Below, piece after piece: positions 26,835 through 36,574 of a stretch of 64,000 nucleotides of DNA; within the stretch, counting starts at the first letter, position 1; each line of letters begins with the position of its first letter. Origin of the DNA: Candidatus Microgenomates bacterium (GTDB lineage: Bacteria; Patescibacteriota; Microgenomatia; UBA8517); NCBI GenBank assembly GCA_016784385.1, contig JADHUT010000001.1, positions 20,547-84,546 on the forward strand. Direction: 5' to 3'. The position numbers and the translations under genes are program-made. The notes beneath the pieces were generated by a model. It worked only from the letters and a program-made list of their open reading frames with translations. It was not told the DNA's origin and did no database searches.

Positions 26835-28286
26835 ATGGGTGATTTTACAAAGTTAACTTCAAAAACCAAAAATATTTCTAAGTGGTACTTGGAAGTAATA
26901 GATAGGGCGAAACTTGCAGATTATGGTCCTGCGAAGGGGACAATGATCATTAGACCTTACGGATATGCAATTTGGGAAAATGTGGTTAGTGCAATGGACA
27001 AAGAAATCAAAAGTTCTGGCGCTGTTAATGCATATTTTCCAATGTTTATACCAAACTCCCTTTTTTCAAAAGAAAAAGACCATGTAGCAGGCTTTGCCCC
27101 AGAAACTGCAGTAGTTACTCACGGTGGTGGTGAGGAACTTGCAGATCCTTTAGTAGTTAGACCAACTTCAGAAATGATTATGTATGACGCATATTCCAGA
27201 TGGATTTCATCATGGCGAGATTTACCACTCGTTATTAATCAGTGGAACAACATTGTAAGGTGGGAAAAAAGAACCTATCCGTTTTTGAGAACAAGTGAGT
27301 TTTTATGGCAAGAAGGGCACGGGGCACATGCCACAAAGAAAGATAATTGGGAAAGAGTTATTTGGGGCATAAAAATGTATGAAAAAATATACAAGGAGTT
27401 TTTTGCACTTGATGGATTAATAGGAACAAAGAGTGAATCTGAAAAATTTGCAGGAGCCCAAGAGACTTTGCCTTATGAAATTTTAGTTGAAGGGGGCAAA
27501 GTCATCCAAAGTTGTACAAGTCATGACTTGGGACAAAACTTTAGTAAGGCTTTGGGAATTTCTTTCCAAGATAAAAATGGAAAAACAGAATATGTGTGGC
27601 AGAATTCCTGGGGTTTTTCAACAAGATCAATTGGTGCACTTGTAATGAGCCATGGAGATGATAAAGGACTAGTGCTTCCACCAAAACTTGCACCAGTAAA
27701 GGTAGTGATAATTCCTATATTGGGTAAAAAAGATACAGAAATACTTAAATATTGTGAAAAGATAAAAGGAAATATAGAAAAGTTGGATAGCGAATTTCCC
27801 GGGGGTGTTGAAATTTCAAGCGATAATGAAAAGAGTTTTGGACATAGAATTAGTGAATCAGAACTTCGTGGAATTCCAATTAAAATCACAGTTGGAACAA
27901 GGGAGTTGCAAGAAAACACTGTAAGTATTGGATTTAGATTAGATGGCATGAAACCAACTATTGCACGAGTTTCTGAGTTATCTGAAAAGACAGAAGAATA
28001 TTTAGTAGATATCCAAGAAAGAATGTTTATAAACTCTGAAGAGTTTTTGAAAGAAAACACATTTGAAGTAAATGATTTTGAAAAATTCAAAAAAATTATG
28101 AAAACAACAAAGGGGCTTATCAAAGCATATTGGTGTGAAGAGAAAGATTGTGAGGAAAAAATAAAAGAGGAAACAAAAGCCACAACAAGATTAAAGAAAT
28201 TAGATGTAAAAAAAGAAAGTGGGGAAAAATGTATTTATTGTAATAAAGTAGCTCATTATTTGTGGTACTTCGCCCAAGCCTACTAA
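26835..28286 (+). CDS. proS: proline--tRNA ligase (archaeal/eukaryote-like type)
   Basis: VRPTSE, FLRTSEFLWQEGH, SHDLGQNFS, terminal FAQAY. Confidence 0.96.
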   Translation: MGDFTKLTSKTKNISKWYLEVIDRAKLADYGPAKGTMIIRPYGYAIWENVVSAMDKEIKSSGAVNAYFPMFIPNSLFSKEKDHVAGFAPETAVVTHGGGEELADPLVVRPTSEMIMYDAYSRWISSWRDLPLVINQWNNIVRWEKRTYPFLRTSEFLWQEGHGAHATKKDNWERVIWGIKMYEKIYKEFFALDGLIGTKSESEKFAGAQETLPYEILVEGGKVIQSCTSHDLGQNFSKALGISFQDKNGKTEYVWQNSWGFSTRSIGALVMSHGDDKGLVLPPKLAPVKVVIIPILGKKDTEILKYCEKIKGNIEKLDSEFPGGVEISSDNEKSFGHRISESELRGIPIKITVGTRELQENTVSIGFRLDGMKPTIARVSELSEKTEEYLVDIQERMFINSEEFLKENTFEVNDFEKFKKIMKTTKGLIKAYWCEEKDCEEKIKEETKATTRLKKLDVKKESGEKCIYCNKVAHYLWYFAQAY

Positions 28287-28331
28287 CATATTCTTGACAG
28301 ATAATTGTACGTATGATAATCTGATTATAAT

Positions 28332-28628
28332 ATGCAATTATTACCTAACATAACGACTTCTACTGAAGTGCAAAGAAATTTTAAAAAAGTAGCTAAAAGG
28401 GCCAAGTCTATAGATGACGCCTTAATTATTTTTGCTAATAATAAACCCGATCTCATCATTGCAGACTATCGTTGGTATGCACATATTGTAGGCCAGGGAA
28501 TGACTAAAAAAAGAAATAAATCTGGAATAGATGCAATTTTTGGAACTTGGAGTAAAAAAGAAGCGAATGAGTTTAACAAATATATTGATGAAGCTTTCGA
28601 ACAAATTAACCCAGAGGATTGGAAATGA
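28332..28628 (+). CDS. Phd/YefM-like antitoxin
   Basis: TSTEVQRNFKKV...NNKPDLII; coupled to a PIN gene; TTGACA promoter upstream. Confidence 0.78.
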   Translation: MQLLPNITTSTEVQRNFKKVAKRAKSIDDALIIFANNKPDLIIADYRWYAHIVGQGMTKKRNKSGIDAIFGTWSKKEANEFNKYIDEAFEQINPEDWK

Positions 28629-29026
28629 CGAGAATTATTCTTGACACTAATGCATATAGTGAATTATGTAAAGGGAATTCCTTTGTAAAAAAAATATTCA
28701 AAAAGGCAAATACAGTATACATTCCGGCAGTTGTGCTTGGAGAACTGTTTTACGGATTCAAACGGGGTAACAAGGAAAACGATAATTTAAATTTACTAAA
28801 AATGTTTTTAGATCAAAAAGGCCTAAAGATTGTTAATATAGATGGGAAAACTGCAAGTATATATGCAGAGATAAAATTGGAGTTGACTAAAAATGGTACA
28901 CCTATTTCAGAAAATGATATTTGGATTGCTGCAAGTGCTATTGAAACTGGTTCAACCGTAATTACTTACGACAAGCACTTTTTAAAAATTCCTAAAATTA
29001 AAGTTTGGAAAAATTTGAAGAAATAA
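28625..29026 (+). CDS. vapC: VapC PIN-domain toxin
   Basis: IILDTNAYS, VLGELFYG, ENDIWIAA, TYDKHF. Confidence 0.9.
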   Translation: MTRIILDTNAYSELCKGNSFVKKIFKKANTVYIPAVVLGELFYGFKRGNKENDNLNLLKMFLDQKGLKIVNIDGKTASIYAEIKLELTKNGTPISENDIWIAASAIETGSTVITYDKHFLKIPKIKVWKNLKK

Positions 29027-29034
29027 ATTATAAT

Positions 29035-29166
29035 TTAATACCTCATCTGTTTGACTCTTCTTAAATCCTCTACCACTAGTTTGATATTGTCTTTTCGTCC
29101 AGGTTCTTTTGTCTTGTGCTCTGTAAGCTCTTTTCTTGTTAGATCAGTGTAGTGTACAGAATCCAT
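29035..29166 (-). CDS. possible 43-aa hypothetical protein
   Basis: MDSVHYTDLTRKELTEHKTKEPGRKDNIKLVVEDLRRVKQMRY fills the vapC-HIT gap. Confidence 0.3.
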   Translation of the reverse strand: MDSVHYTDLTRKELTEHKTKEPGRKDNIKLVVEDLRRVKQMRY

Positions 29167-29220
29167 TAAAGAGTATCCTCTTGTTAAAAACTTTTTTAAA
29201 AATTATACTGTTTTTAAAGT

Positions 29221-29562
29221 ATGAAAGACTGTATTTTTTGTAAAATAGTGGAGGGAGTAAACCCTGCTAAAAAGGTATATGAAGATGATGACGTTTTGGT
29301 ATTTGAAAACATCAATCCCGTTGCAGAAATTCATTTATTGGTTTGCCCTAAAAAACATATTGAATCTTTTTTGAAAATTGATGAAAGTTTTAGTTTGACC
29401 CCGATGGTTGAAGCTACTCAAAAAATAATTTCGGAAAAAAATATTCAAGAAGGTTATAAACTTGTGTTTAATGGAGGCAAATACCAAACTGTTCCACATT
29501 TACACTGGCATTTGTTAGCAGGAAAATTGGAAGACAATGAAGACGTTTTAAATAAAACATGA
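29221..29562 (+). CDS. HIT family nucleotide hydrolase
   Basis: DCIFCKI, HLHWH. Confidence 0.92.
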   Translation: MKDCIFCKIVEGVNPAKKVYEDDDVLVFENINPVAEIHLLVCPKKHIESFLKIDESFSLTPMVEATQKIISEKNIQEGYKLVFNGGKYQTVPHLHWHLLAGKLEDNEDVLNKT

Positions 29563-29999
29563 TTGCAAATACACTACAAAAACAAATTGGAGATGCAATG
29601 AAAGCTCGTGATAGCGTAAGGGTTTCCACTCTAAAAATGCTTTCAACCGCTTTTGCATATGAAAAAATTGAGGTTAAAAGGGATTTAACAGATGAAGAAG
29701 AATTGGTAATCATTGCCAAAGAAGCAAAAAAAAGGACGGAAGCTGTTGAAATGTATAAAAAAGCTGGAGCAGTTGACAAGGTTGAACAAGAAACTGCTGA
29801 ACTTAAAATTTTAAATGAATATTTACCAGAACAAATGAGCGATACCGACCTTGAAAAATTAGTTGACGGGGCTATTTCCAAACTTAACCCAACAGGAATG
29901 TCTGACATGGGGAAAGTAATAGGAATGGTAAAGGCAAGTGCTGGAGCAACAGCAGAAGGGAGCAAAATTGCGAACATGGTTCGCGAGAAGTTGTCTTGA
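29559..29999 (+). CDS. GatB/YqeY domain protein
   Basis: AMKARD, EYLPEQMS, DMGKVIG. Confidence 0.92.
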   Translation: MIANTLQKQIGDAMKARDSVRVSTLKMLSTAFAYEKIEVKRDLTDEEELVIIAKEAKKRTEAVEMYKKAGAVDKVEQETAELKILNEYLPEQMSDTDLEKLVDGAISKLNPTGMSDMGKVIGMVKASAGATAEGSKIANMVREKLS

Positions 30000-30385
30000 T
30001 GGTTACTGTATATGTTTCGAAACAAAATCCATATCCAGTAAGTGCTGTAAAAATCAAAAAGTTTATACAAAATTTTTTCCAAAAAGAAGGCATTGTTTCT
30101 GATTCTTTTGTATCAGTTGCGTTAGTTGGAAAAGAAAAAATGAAATCTTTGGCTAAGAAGTATTATCCAACCGACAATAAAGTACACAATGTGTTTTCTT
30201 TTGTTGAGAGTGAAAGTGTGGGGTTTGTTAATCCTAAGGGAGTTGGAATTAACTTGGGAGAAATTGTAATTTGCTATCCAGTCGCAGTGACTGAAGCTTC
30301 AAAAGAAGGGATACTGGTAGAAGAAAGAGTATTGGAATTATTAGGGCATGCTGGTGAACATTTATTAGGGAGGCACCATAAATGA
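29999..30385 (+). CDS. ybeY: rRNA maturation RNase YbeY (divergent)
   Basis: NVFSF, LGEIVICYPVA, HAGEHLLGRHH. Confidence 0.8.
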   Translation: MVTVYVSKQNPYPVSAVKIKKFIQNFFQKEGIVSDSFVSVALVGKEKMKSLAKKYYPTDNKVHNVFSFVESESVGFVNPKGVGINLGEIVICYPVAVTEASKEGILVEERVLELLGHAGEHLLGRHHK

Positions 30386-31824
30386 CATTTTATTTAGAAT
30401 ATAGACCAAAAAATATTGATGAATTGGATATTACTTCTGTCCGTGAGTCTTTAGGAAAAATTATTAAGTCTGGCCATATTCCACATGCTTTTTTGTTTGC
30501 AGGACCCAAAGGAACTGGGAAAACTTCTGCAGCAAGGATACTAGCAAAAGTAATAAATTGTGAAGCTAAATTGAAAATTGACAAAAAACCATGCAACAAA
30601 TGCGGGCAATGTAAATCAATTACCAGTGGGACAAATATCGATGTATTGGAAATGGACGCAGCCAGTAATCGTGGGATTGATGACATTAGAGCACTACGAG
30701 ATGTGGTAAAACTCTCACCCGCTTCAGCTCTTGCTAAGGTATACATAATTGATGAAGCCCACATGTTAACAACTGAAGCGTGTAATGCGCTTCTAAAGAC
30801 GCTGGAAGAACCACCAGAACATGTATATTTCATTTTGGCAACTACAAATCCGGAGAAACTAATAGAAACAATTAGAAGTAGAACTACATTAATTTCTTTC
30901 CAAAAAGCTACTAATGAAGAAATAATCAGATCCTTAAAAAGGATAGTGAGAGCTGAAAAAATTAAAATAATAGACAAAAACCTAGATAGTATTGTAAAAA
31001 TATCCAAAGGATCATTTAGAGATGCAGTTAAACTTTTGGAAAGGGTAGTTTCAGAAGGACTAGGATTTTTGAAAGCCGAGAGTGTTAATCTGAAAAGTTT
31101 GCTGGAAGCTATTGAAAGCAGAGATATAAAAAAGATACTTTCGGAGATTTCTTCAAATGTGCAAAACGGAGTTTTGGTTAGTAATTTAATGGAAAGCATC
31201 CTTGATGAGTTGAGATCTGATTTGTTGGCAACTGTTGGAATAGGAGAGAAAAACACCAATCTTTCAAAAACTGATCTTTTGGAGCTTATCAGATTATTAA
31301 TTCAGGCTCACGACGAAATAAAAATTTCCCCCATAGAGCAACTACCACTGGAGCTGGTATTTGTCAGATGGGTAGGTGGTATGGAAGAGGAAGAAGAGGA
31401 GGAGGAAGAAGTAGTGGAAAATCAGAATATGGAAGAAGGAGAAGTTGGAGATGAAATAGAAATAGGAAAAGATACAGAAGTAAAAAAATTAGATGAAACT
31501 ACCTGGAAGAAGTTTTTAGCAGCAGTAAAACCAGTCAATGCTTCAATAGAGGCACTTCTTCGATCTTCTAAATTAATTGGATTTGAGGGAGATGATTTGT
31601 GTCTTGGTGTATATTACAAATTTCACAAAGAAAAACTGGAAGAGTTAAAGACTAAAAAGATTCTGGAAGACATTGCAACACAAATACTTCATAGAAAAAT
31701 TTGCCTTAGATACAATCTTTCAGATCAACCAGAAAAGACCACAGAAGCCGTCACTGAAACTGTGGTGTTGACTGAGGGTGAAGATGAAGATATCATAAAG
31801 GCTGCTGAGGACATCTTTAGCTAA
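30382..31824 (+). CDS. dnaX: DNA polymerase III gamma/tau
   Basis: YRP, GPKGTGKTS, EMDAASNRG, IIDEAHML, TIRSR. Confidence 0.96.
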   Translation: MTFYLEYRPKNIDELDITSVRESLGKIIKSGHIPHAFLFAGPKGTGKTSAARILAKVINCEAKLKIDKKPCNKCGQCKSITSGTNIDVLEMDAASNRGIDDIRALRDVVKLSPASALAKVYIIDEAHMLTTEACNALLKTLEEPPEHVYFILATTNPEKLIETIRSRTTLISFQKATNEEIIRSLKRIVRAEKIKIIDKNLDSIVKISKGSFRDAVKLLERVVSEGLGFLKAESVNLKSLLEAIESRDIKKILSEISSNVQNGVLVSNLMESILDELRSDLLATVGIGEKNTNLSKTDLLELIRLLIQAHDEIKISPIEQLPLELVFVRWVGGMEEEEEEEEEVVENQNMEEGEVGDEIEIGKDTEVKKLDETTWKKFLAAVKPVNASIEALLRSSKLIGFEGDDLCLGVYYKFHKEKLEELKTKKILEDIATQILHRKICLRYNLSDQPEKTTEAVTETVVLTEGEDEDIIKAAEDIFS

Positions 31825-31835
31825 AATCAAAAAAC

Positions 31836-32123
31836 ATGTTTAACAAAATGAAACAGGTTGGAGAGCTTAACAAAATGAGGCAAGAGGCCAAAGCACTTCA
31901 GAAAGAATTAGAAAAAATTGTCACCACTTTAGACAAAAATGAATGGGTTGTTTCAGTGGCGGGGGATCAAAAAATTAGATATATCAAAAAGGACGGGGAA
32001 GATCTTGAAGATTTGACAGACTTAATAAACCAAGCCATGAAAAAAGTCCAAAAGGAATCTGCAAAAAAGATGATGGAAATGGGTGGTGGACTTAGCGGTC
32101 TCTTGGGTGGAATGGGGAAGTAA
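31836..32123 (+). CDS. YbaB/EbfC nucleoid-associated protein
   Basis: Size, sequence and dnaX-ybaB-recR synteny. Confidence 0.82.
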   Translation: MFNKMKQVGELNKMRQEAKALQKELEKIVTTLDKNEWVVSVAGDQKIRYIKKDGEDLEDLTDLINQAMKKVQKESAKKMMEMGGGLSGLLGGMGK

Positions 32124-32128
32124 CACCA

Positions 32129-32755
32129 ATGCGTATAGCAAAACCTCTTGCGTCTCTTATAGAATCGTTTGAAAGCCTTCCTGGTATTGGACCCAAGTCA
32201 GCGCAACGCCTTGCATATTATCTTCTTCATGTGCCCCAAACCTACTTGGATGATTTTTCAGAAAATTTAGTGAGACTGAAAAAAGATACAGTTCTTTGCA
32301 AAGTTTGTAAAAATGTATCAGAGACAGATCCGTGCCCTATTTGTGAAGATTCGGGCAGAGACATGTCAGTTTTATTAGTTGTTGAGCAACCACTAGATTT
32401 GATTGCTTTTGAGAGATCTGGAAAATTTAGAGGAGTTTATCATGTGCTACACGGTGCCATTAACCCATTAGATAACATAGGTCCTGATGAAATTTTTGTT
32501 GACGATCTATTTAAAAGACTTGGTGAGAAAAGTGGTATAGAAGAGGTAATAGTTGCCACAAATCCAACAATGGAGGGGGAAGCAACTGCAATGTACATAA
32601 ACAAAAAAATTACAGAATCAAACAAAAAAAATAGAATAACCGGCAAAGCCGTAAAAGTTACAAGACTTGGTATGGGAATACCAACAGGAGCTGATTTAGA
32701 GTATGCTGATGATACAACGCTAACTCAAGCCTTGGAGGGAAGAAGAGAATTGTAA
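32129..32755 (+). CDS. recR: recombination protein RecR
   Basis: LPGIGPKSAQR, C4 motif, YHVLHG, ATNPTMEGEATA. Confidence 0.97.
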   Translation: MRIAKPLASLIESFESLPGIGPKSAQRLAYYLLHVPQTYLDDFSENLVRLKKDTVLCKVCKNVSETDPCPICEDSGRDMSVLLVVEQPLDLIAFERSGKFRGVYHVLHGAINPLDNIGPDEIFVDDLFKRLGEKSGIEEVIVATNPTMEGEATAMYINKKITESNKKNRITGKAVKVTRLGMGIPTGADLEYADDTTLTQALEGRREL

Positions 32756-32761
32756 AACAAC

Positions 32762-33307
32762 ATGAACACTACTGCCCAAATAAAACAAACATCAAAACCA
32801 ATTTCTCAATTTAAAAAGTCTGTACAACAAATGGCCCAAGAGCCATTGGAAATTTTAAAAACTGCACAGTCACAAGTATCTGGGAAAGAAGTGGGGTCTT
32901 CAGTCGATGAAATTGGTGTACCACAAGCCAATGAAGGTACAACTTCACAGCAAACAGAACAAAGAAAAACAGATGTAGCAATTAGTGATAATAGAAATTT
33001 AGAAAGTTTGCAAAATGAAATGAGGGAGATAAGAAGGCAAAAACTTTTCAACTCATTGCTTGCCAGAATTCAGGGTGGAGAAGATGTTCCAGTAGAAGAG
33101 TTCCAAGAACTATCACACGAACAAAGAGATGTTTTAAAAGCACAACTAGAGGCTTACAAAAAACGAAGTGCCCAACAGTCTATTCAAAAACCTCTGGTTG
33201 AACCATCTACTAAAAGAGGCAGGGGGTTGGCAGGTTTTGGAAAAAGAAAAACGATGGCAGAAAAACAACAAACCAGGGTTGAAATGCCTCTTCCCCCTTC
33301 AGGGTAG
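32762..33307 (+). CDS. hypothetical protein
   Basis: 181-aa Gln-rich ORF co-oriented with recR. Confidence 0.65.
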   Translation: MNTTAQIKQTSKPISQFKKSVQQMAQEPLEILKTAQSQVSGKEVGSSVDEIGVPQANEGTTSQQTEQRKTDVAISDNRNLESLQNEMREIRRQKLFNSLLARIQGGEDVPVEEFQELSHEQRDVLKAQLEAYKKRSAQQSIQKPLVEPSTKRGRGLAGFGKRKTMAEKQQTRVEMPLPPSG

Positions 33308-33342
33308 TTGAGAATAATCGTCTGGAAATGTAGTATATAGCC

Positions 33343-34746
33343 ATGGGTTTAAAACTATACAATTCTCTTTCAAAAAAAACAGAAGAGTTTACTCCTATTA
33401 AAAAAGGTAAGGTGGGTATTTATTCATGCGGACCAACAGTATATTGGAATCAACATATCGGCCATATGTATGCATATGCTAATTGGGATGTGTTGGTCAG
33501 ATTTTTAAGATATTCAGGATTTGATGTGAAGTGGGTTATGAATATAACAGATGTGGGTCATATGACTTCTGACGAAGACATTGGCGAAGACAAAATGGAA
33601 AAAGGAGCTAAGAGGGAGGGAGTTTCTGTTTGGGATATTGCAGAAAAGTATATAGAGCAGTTTAAAGATTCAATGAAGCTACTGGGGATTTCTTTTCCAG
33701 ATGTATTGTGCCGAGCAACAGAAAACATAGAAGAGCAAATTGCTCTCAACAGCTTAATCGAAAAAAATGGTTATTCATATTTAACCAAGAAAGGTTTAGT
33801 TTTTGACACTGGCAAGTTTGCCGACTATGCAAAGTTTGCAAACTTAAATCTTGATGAAATGAAAAGCCGGGATGATGTGGAAAAGTATCAAGACAAAAAA
33901 AAGGCTTGGGATTTCTTTCTTTGGGCCATTAACCCAAAACACGCCATGTTGTGGGAAAGCCCTTGGGGAGAAGGGTATCCTGGTTGGCATATTGAATGTA
34001 CTGCCATGTCTACTAAATATTTAGGCAAGAAGTTTGACATCCATACCGGCGGGATGGAACACATTGGAGTACACCACACCAATGAAATTGCCCAAGGATT
34101 CGCCGTTTTCGGGGACATGACAGCCAACTATTGGCTTCATAACTCATGGCTTACCAGCTCTGGTGGAACTAAAATGAGCAAAAGCCTTGGAAACTTTGTA
34201 ACTGCGCAGGAACTGGTGGAAAAAGGATATGACCCGTTGTCTATGAGATATTTAATTCTCACGTCACACTATCGAAAGGGCCTGAGTTTTTCGTGGGAAG
34301 CTCTTGATTCAGCCCAAAGTGGCCTTTTTAATTTAAGGAGTCTTTTGAAAAGCGCTAAAAACCAAAAGTCACGAAACACTCTTTCTGATGAAAAACTGAA
34401 AAAGGTTGATGAGTATAGAAAAAGATTCGTGGACTCATTAAACAATGATCTAAACACACCTCAAGCCCTGGCTGTTTTGTGGGAAGTTGTCAAAAGTAGT
34501 ATTCCTTCGGTTGATAAATATGAGTTGGCTATGAGTTTTGACGAAGTTTTAGGTTTAAAGTTAGACCAGGTTGGAACTACAAATAAACTCAGTGGTAAAA
34601 AACAACCAACCAAAAACAAAGACATAGAAAAACTTCTTAAAGAAAGAGAGAAACTAAGAGAGAGTGGAGATTACAAAAAAGCAGACGAAATAAGAGATAA
34701 GTTAGTAATATTGGGTTACGATATAAAAGATAAACCAATGAAATGA
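33343..34746 (+). CDS. cysS: cysteine--tRNA ligase
   Basis: CGPTVY, HIGH, PGWHIEC, KMSKS. Confidence 0.97.
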   Translation: MGLKLYNSLSKKTEEFTPIKKGKVGIYSCGPTVYWNQHIGHMYAYANWDVLVRFLRYSGFDVKWVMNITDVGHMTSDEDIGEDKMEKGAKREGVSVWDIAEKYIEQFKDSMKLLGISFPDVLCRATENIEEQIALNSLIEKNGYSYLTKKGLVFDTGKFADYAKFANLNLDEMKSRDDVEKYQDKKKAWDFFLWAINPKHAMLWESPWGEGYPGWHIECTAMSTKYLGKKFDIHTGGMEHIGVHHTNEIAQGFAVFGDMTANYWLHNSWLTSSGGTKMSKSLGNFVTAQELVEKGYDPLSMRYLILTSHYRKGLSFSWEALDSAQSGLFNLRSLLKSAKNQKSRNTLSDEKLKKVDEYRKRFVDSLNNDLNTPQALAVLWEVVKSSIPSVDKYELAMSFDEVLGLKLDQVGTTNKLSGKKQPTKNKDIEKLLKEREKLRESGDYKKADEIRDKLVILGYDIKDKPMK

Positions 34747-34772
34747 TAAGAACTATTAAAAAGATCTTTTTA

Positions 34773-34807
34773 TATGATACAAAGGACAAACCTGCCAGAT
34801 GATAAGA
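34773..34807 (+). repeat. displaced diverged copy of the cysS 3' tail
   Basis: YDTKDKPAR*-taaga versus YDIKDKPMK*-taaga at 34717..34751, 26/35 nt. Confidence 0.7.
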
Positions 34808-35446
34808 GCCTTAGTTTATATTAATTTAGTAGTAACACTTTGTTTAGTTGCCTTTGTTTCCTGGTTTTTTATAGACCAAAGGTCGGTACCACCATCACAT
34901 AACACCAATACATCTATTGAAAAAACGTCAGGTGATACTTCCAATATTGATTCTTGTGGTGAGGAATGCAAAAAACAAATACAGCAGGCTGTTTCATCAT
35001 CTTTAGCCACAATCTCGGCAGACACAAGCCAAGTAGTTGCAACTGCACCAACAGTATCGCCTCCTACAGCAGAAAAAACACAATATGCATATATTCCTCT
35101 TTCCGGGCCTGTAACCACAACTTCCACAGAGTGGACAGATATGCCTGGTACTGATTTTTATTTAAATTTAAATGTTGATTATGGAAAAGATTCATATGTT
35201 ACCTGGGCACCTTCTTTAAAAGTTGCTCATGGTAATGGTGTGGTAGCTGCAAGGATATATGATGTAACAAATAAAATTTCAGTTAATGGAAGTGAAGTGT
35301 CTGTATCTAATGAATCTGATTTAACACAAGTAGAATCTGGATCTTTGAGTTTTTGGGCAGGGAATAATCTGTATAGAGTTCAGCTTAAATCCCTAAATAC
35401 TTTTGAAGTTACATTTGGTAGCGGAAGAATAAAAATTGCCTACTAA
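34799..35446 (+). CDS. membrane-anchored hypothetical protein
   Basis: N-terminal TM segment, CGEEC, beta-rich C-terminal domain. Confidence 0.7.
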   Translation: MIRALVYINLVVTLCLVAFVSWFFIDQRSVPPSHNTNTSIEKTSGDTSNIDSCGEECKKQIQQAVSSSLATISADTSQVVATAPTVSPPTAEKTQYAYIPLSGPVTTTSTEWTDMPGTDFYLNLNVDYGKDSYVTWAPSLKVAHGNGVVAARIYDVTNKISVNGSEVSVSNESDLTQVESGSLSFWAGNNLYRVQLKSLNTFEVTFGSGRIKIAY

Positions 35447-35486
35447 TCCAAAGAACTTTTTTTAATTACAAAGTAATCTGTTTTTC

Positions 35487-35834
35487 TTACAAAGCAATTT
35501 TTTTGATTGAGAAATTTGACTTGATAGGTTTTGGCTTACTAGTTGAAATTACCCCAACAAAATCAATCAATGGATATTTTTTTCGTACCTCTGCCATAAA
35601 CTTTTCAGACAATTTGCTGGTGTAACCACCAAAACCTGCCTTTTCAGATTGACTGCAAAGCTTTGTCTCCCAACTGCGAATCACATCCATAATCTTTTCA
35701 CCTTCAATATTAAACTCCGCTTGTAAACCATTTTGGTCCAGGGCGTATCTGTCATACATTTTTTCAAATTCCAAAAATAACTCTTTTTCTGACTCTAACA
35801 TCCTGTTGAAATAGTCTTTAAATTTTGTTGCCAT
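35487..35834 (-). CDS. conserved-looking hypothetical protein
   Basis: MATKFKDYF...WETKLCSQSEK...LSEKFMAEVRKKYPLIDFVG. Confidence 0.7.
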   Translation of the reverse strand: MATKFKDYFNRMLESEKELFLEFEKMYDRYALDQNGLQAEFNIEGEKIMDVIRSWETKLCSQSEKAGFGGYTSKLSEKFMAEVRKKYPLIDFVGVISTSKPKPIKSNFSIKKIAL

Positions 35835-35899
35835 AATGTCTGTAACCATTAAAGCTAATCTAGTGCTTGATAACAAGAGTTGAAATGTGTCATGATTAG

Positions 35900-36574
35900 A
35901 TGTATATGGCAGAAGAAACAATTAATGTTGTTGGCACCACGGCTCCAAAAGTGGACAAAAAACCAAATTTCAAAATTATGGGCGCAATTATTGGAATTGT
36001 TGTTTTGGCCATTGGGGTTATTGCTGGAATTATCTTGGTTCGCCAACAGCAAGATATAAGAGAAAAAGCCCAATGTGTTGAGCAATGTCCAGGTTCTGAT
36101 GGGGTTTTGCGAAATTGTAGTGAGCCAATAATTGATCCTGCAAATCTACAAAGTATATGTAACTTGGCTGGAAGAATAGAATATTGCGGTGGTGCACGGT
36201 TTTGTTGTCCATCTGCAGGAGGCGATTGGACCTCCAATCTATCGCTTTGTCCTCAATCTACTTCTACCCCTACAGCAACTGCCACTGCCACATCCACCGC
36301 TACTGCAACAAGCACATCTAGTGGATCTTCATCTCCTACAGCAACATCAACAAGCACATCTAGTGGATCTTCATCTCCCACAGCAACATCAACAAGCACA
36401 TCTAGTGGATCTTCATCTCCTACAGCCACCTCCACAGCAACAAGTACATCAACTTCTTCTGGTTCAACTGCAACACCATTCCCGGTTCCTGATACTGGTT
36501 CTTCACTACCTACAATTTTTGGTATGGGTGCTGGTATTTTGATAATAGTTGCATCATTGTTCCTCGCACTATGA
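35900..36574 (+). CDS. Ser/Thr-rich surface protein with LPxTG-like VPDTG and C-terminal TM
   Basis: N-terminal TM, Cys-rich domain, S/T repeats, VPDTG followed by hydrophobic tail. Confidence 0.75.
   Translation: MYMAEETINVVGTTAPKVDKKPNFKIMGAIIGIVVLAIGVIAGIILVRQQQDIREKAQCVEQCPGSDGVLRNCSEPIIDPANLQSICNLAGRIEYCGGARFCCPSAGGDWTSNLSLCPQSTSTPTATATATSTATATSTSSGSSSPTATSTSTSSGSSSPTATSTSTSSGSSSPTATSTATSTSTSSGSTATPFPVPDTGSSLPTIFGMGAGILIIVASLFLAL
36308..36426 (+). repeat. coding tandem repeat, 42-bp unit, about 3 copies
   Basis: acaagcacatctagtggatcttcatctcctacagcaacatca (TSTSSGSSSPTATS). Confidence 0.95.

Noticed and set aside
29077-29090. 14-nt match tagtttgatattgt shared with about 1898
   Set aside because: AT-rich, no flanking similarity; compatible with chance
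30390-31259. Long antisense ORFs (also 27521..28183, 47887..48525, 29468..30082)
   Set aside because: Shadows of well-supported genes on the opposite strand
31381-31412. Poly-Glu purine tract in dnaX as a tau/gamma frameshift site
   Set aside because: No A-AAA-AAG heptamer or long A-run with hairpin; looks like an acidic linker
36308-36426. Repeats as a CRISPR array
   Set aside because: Head-to-tail 42-bp coding units with no spacers; no cas genes in the window
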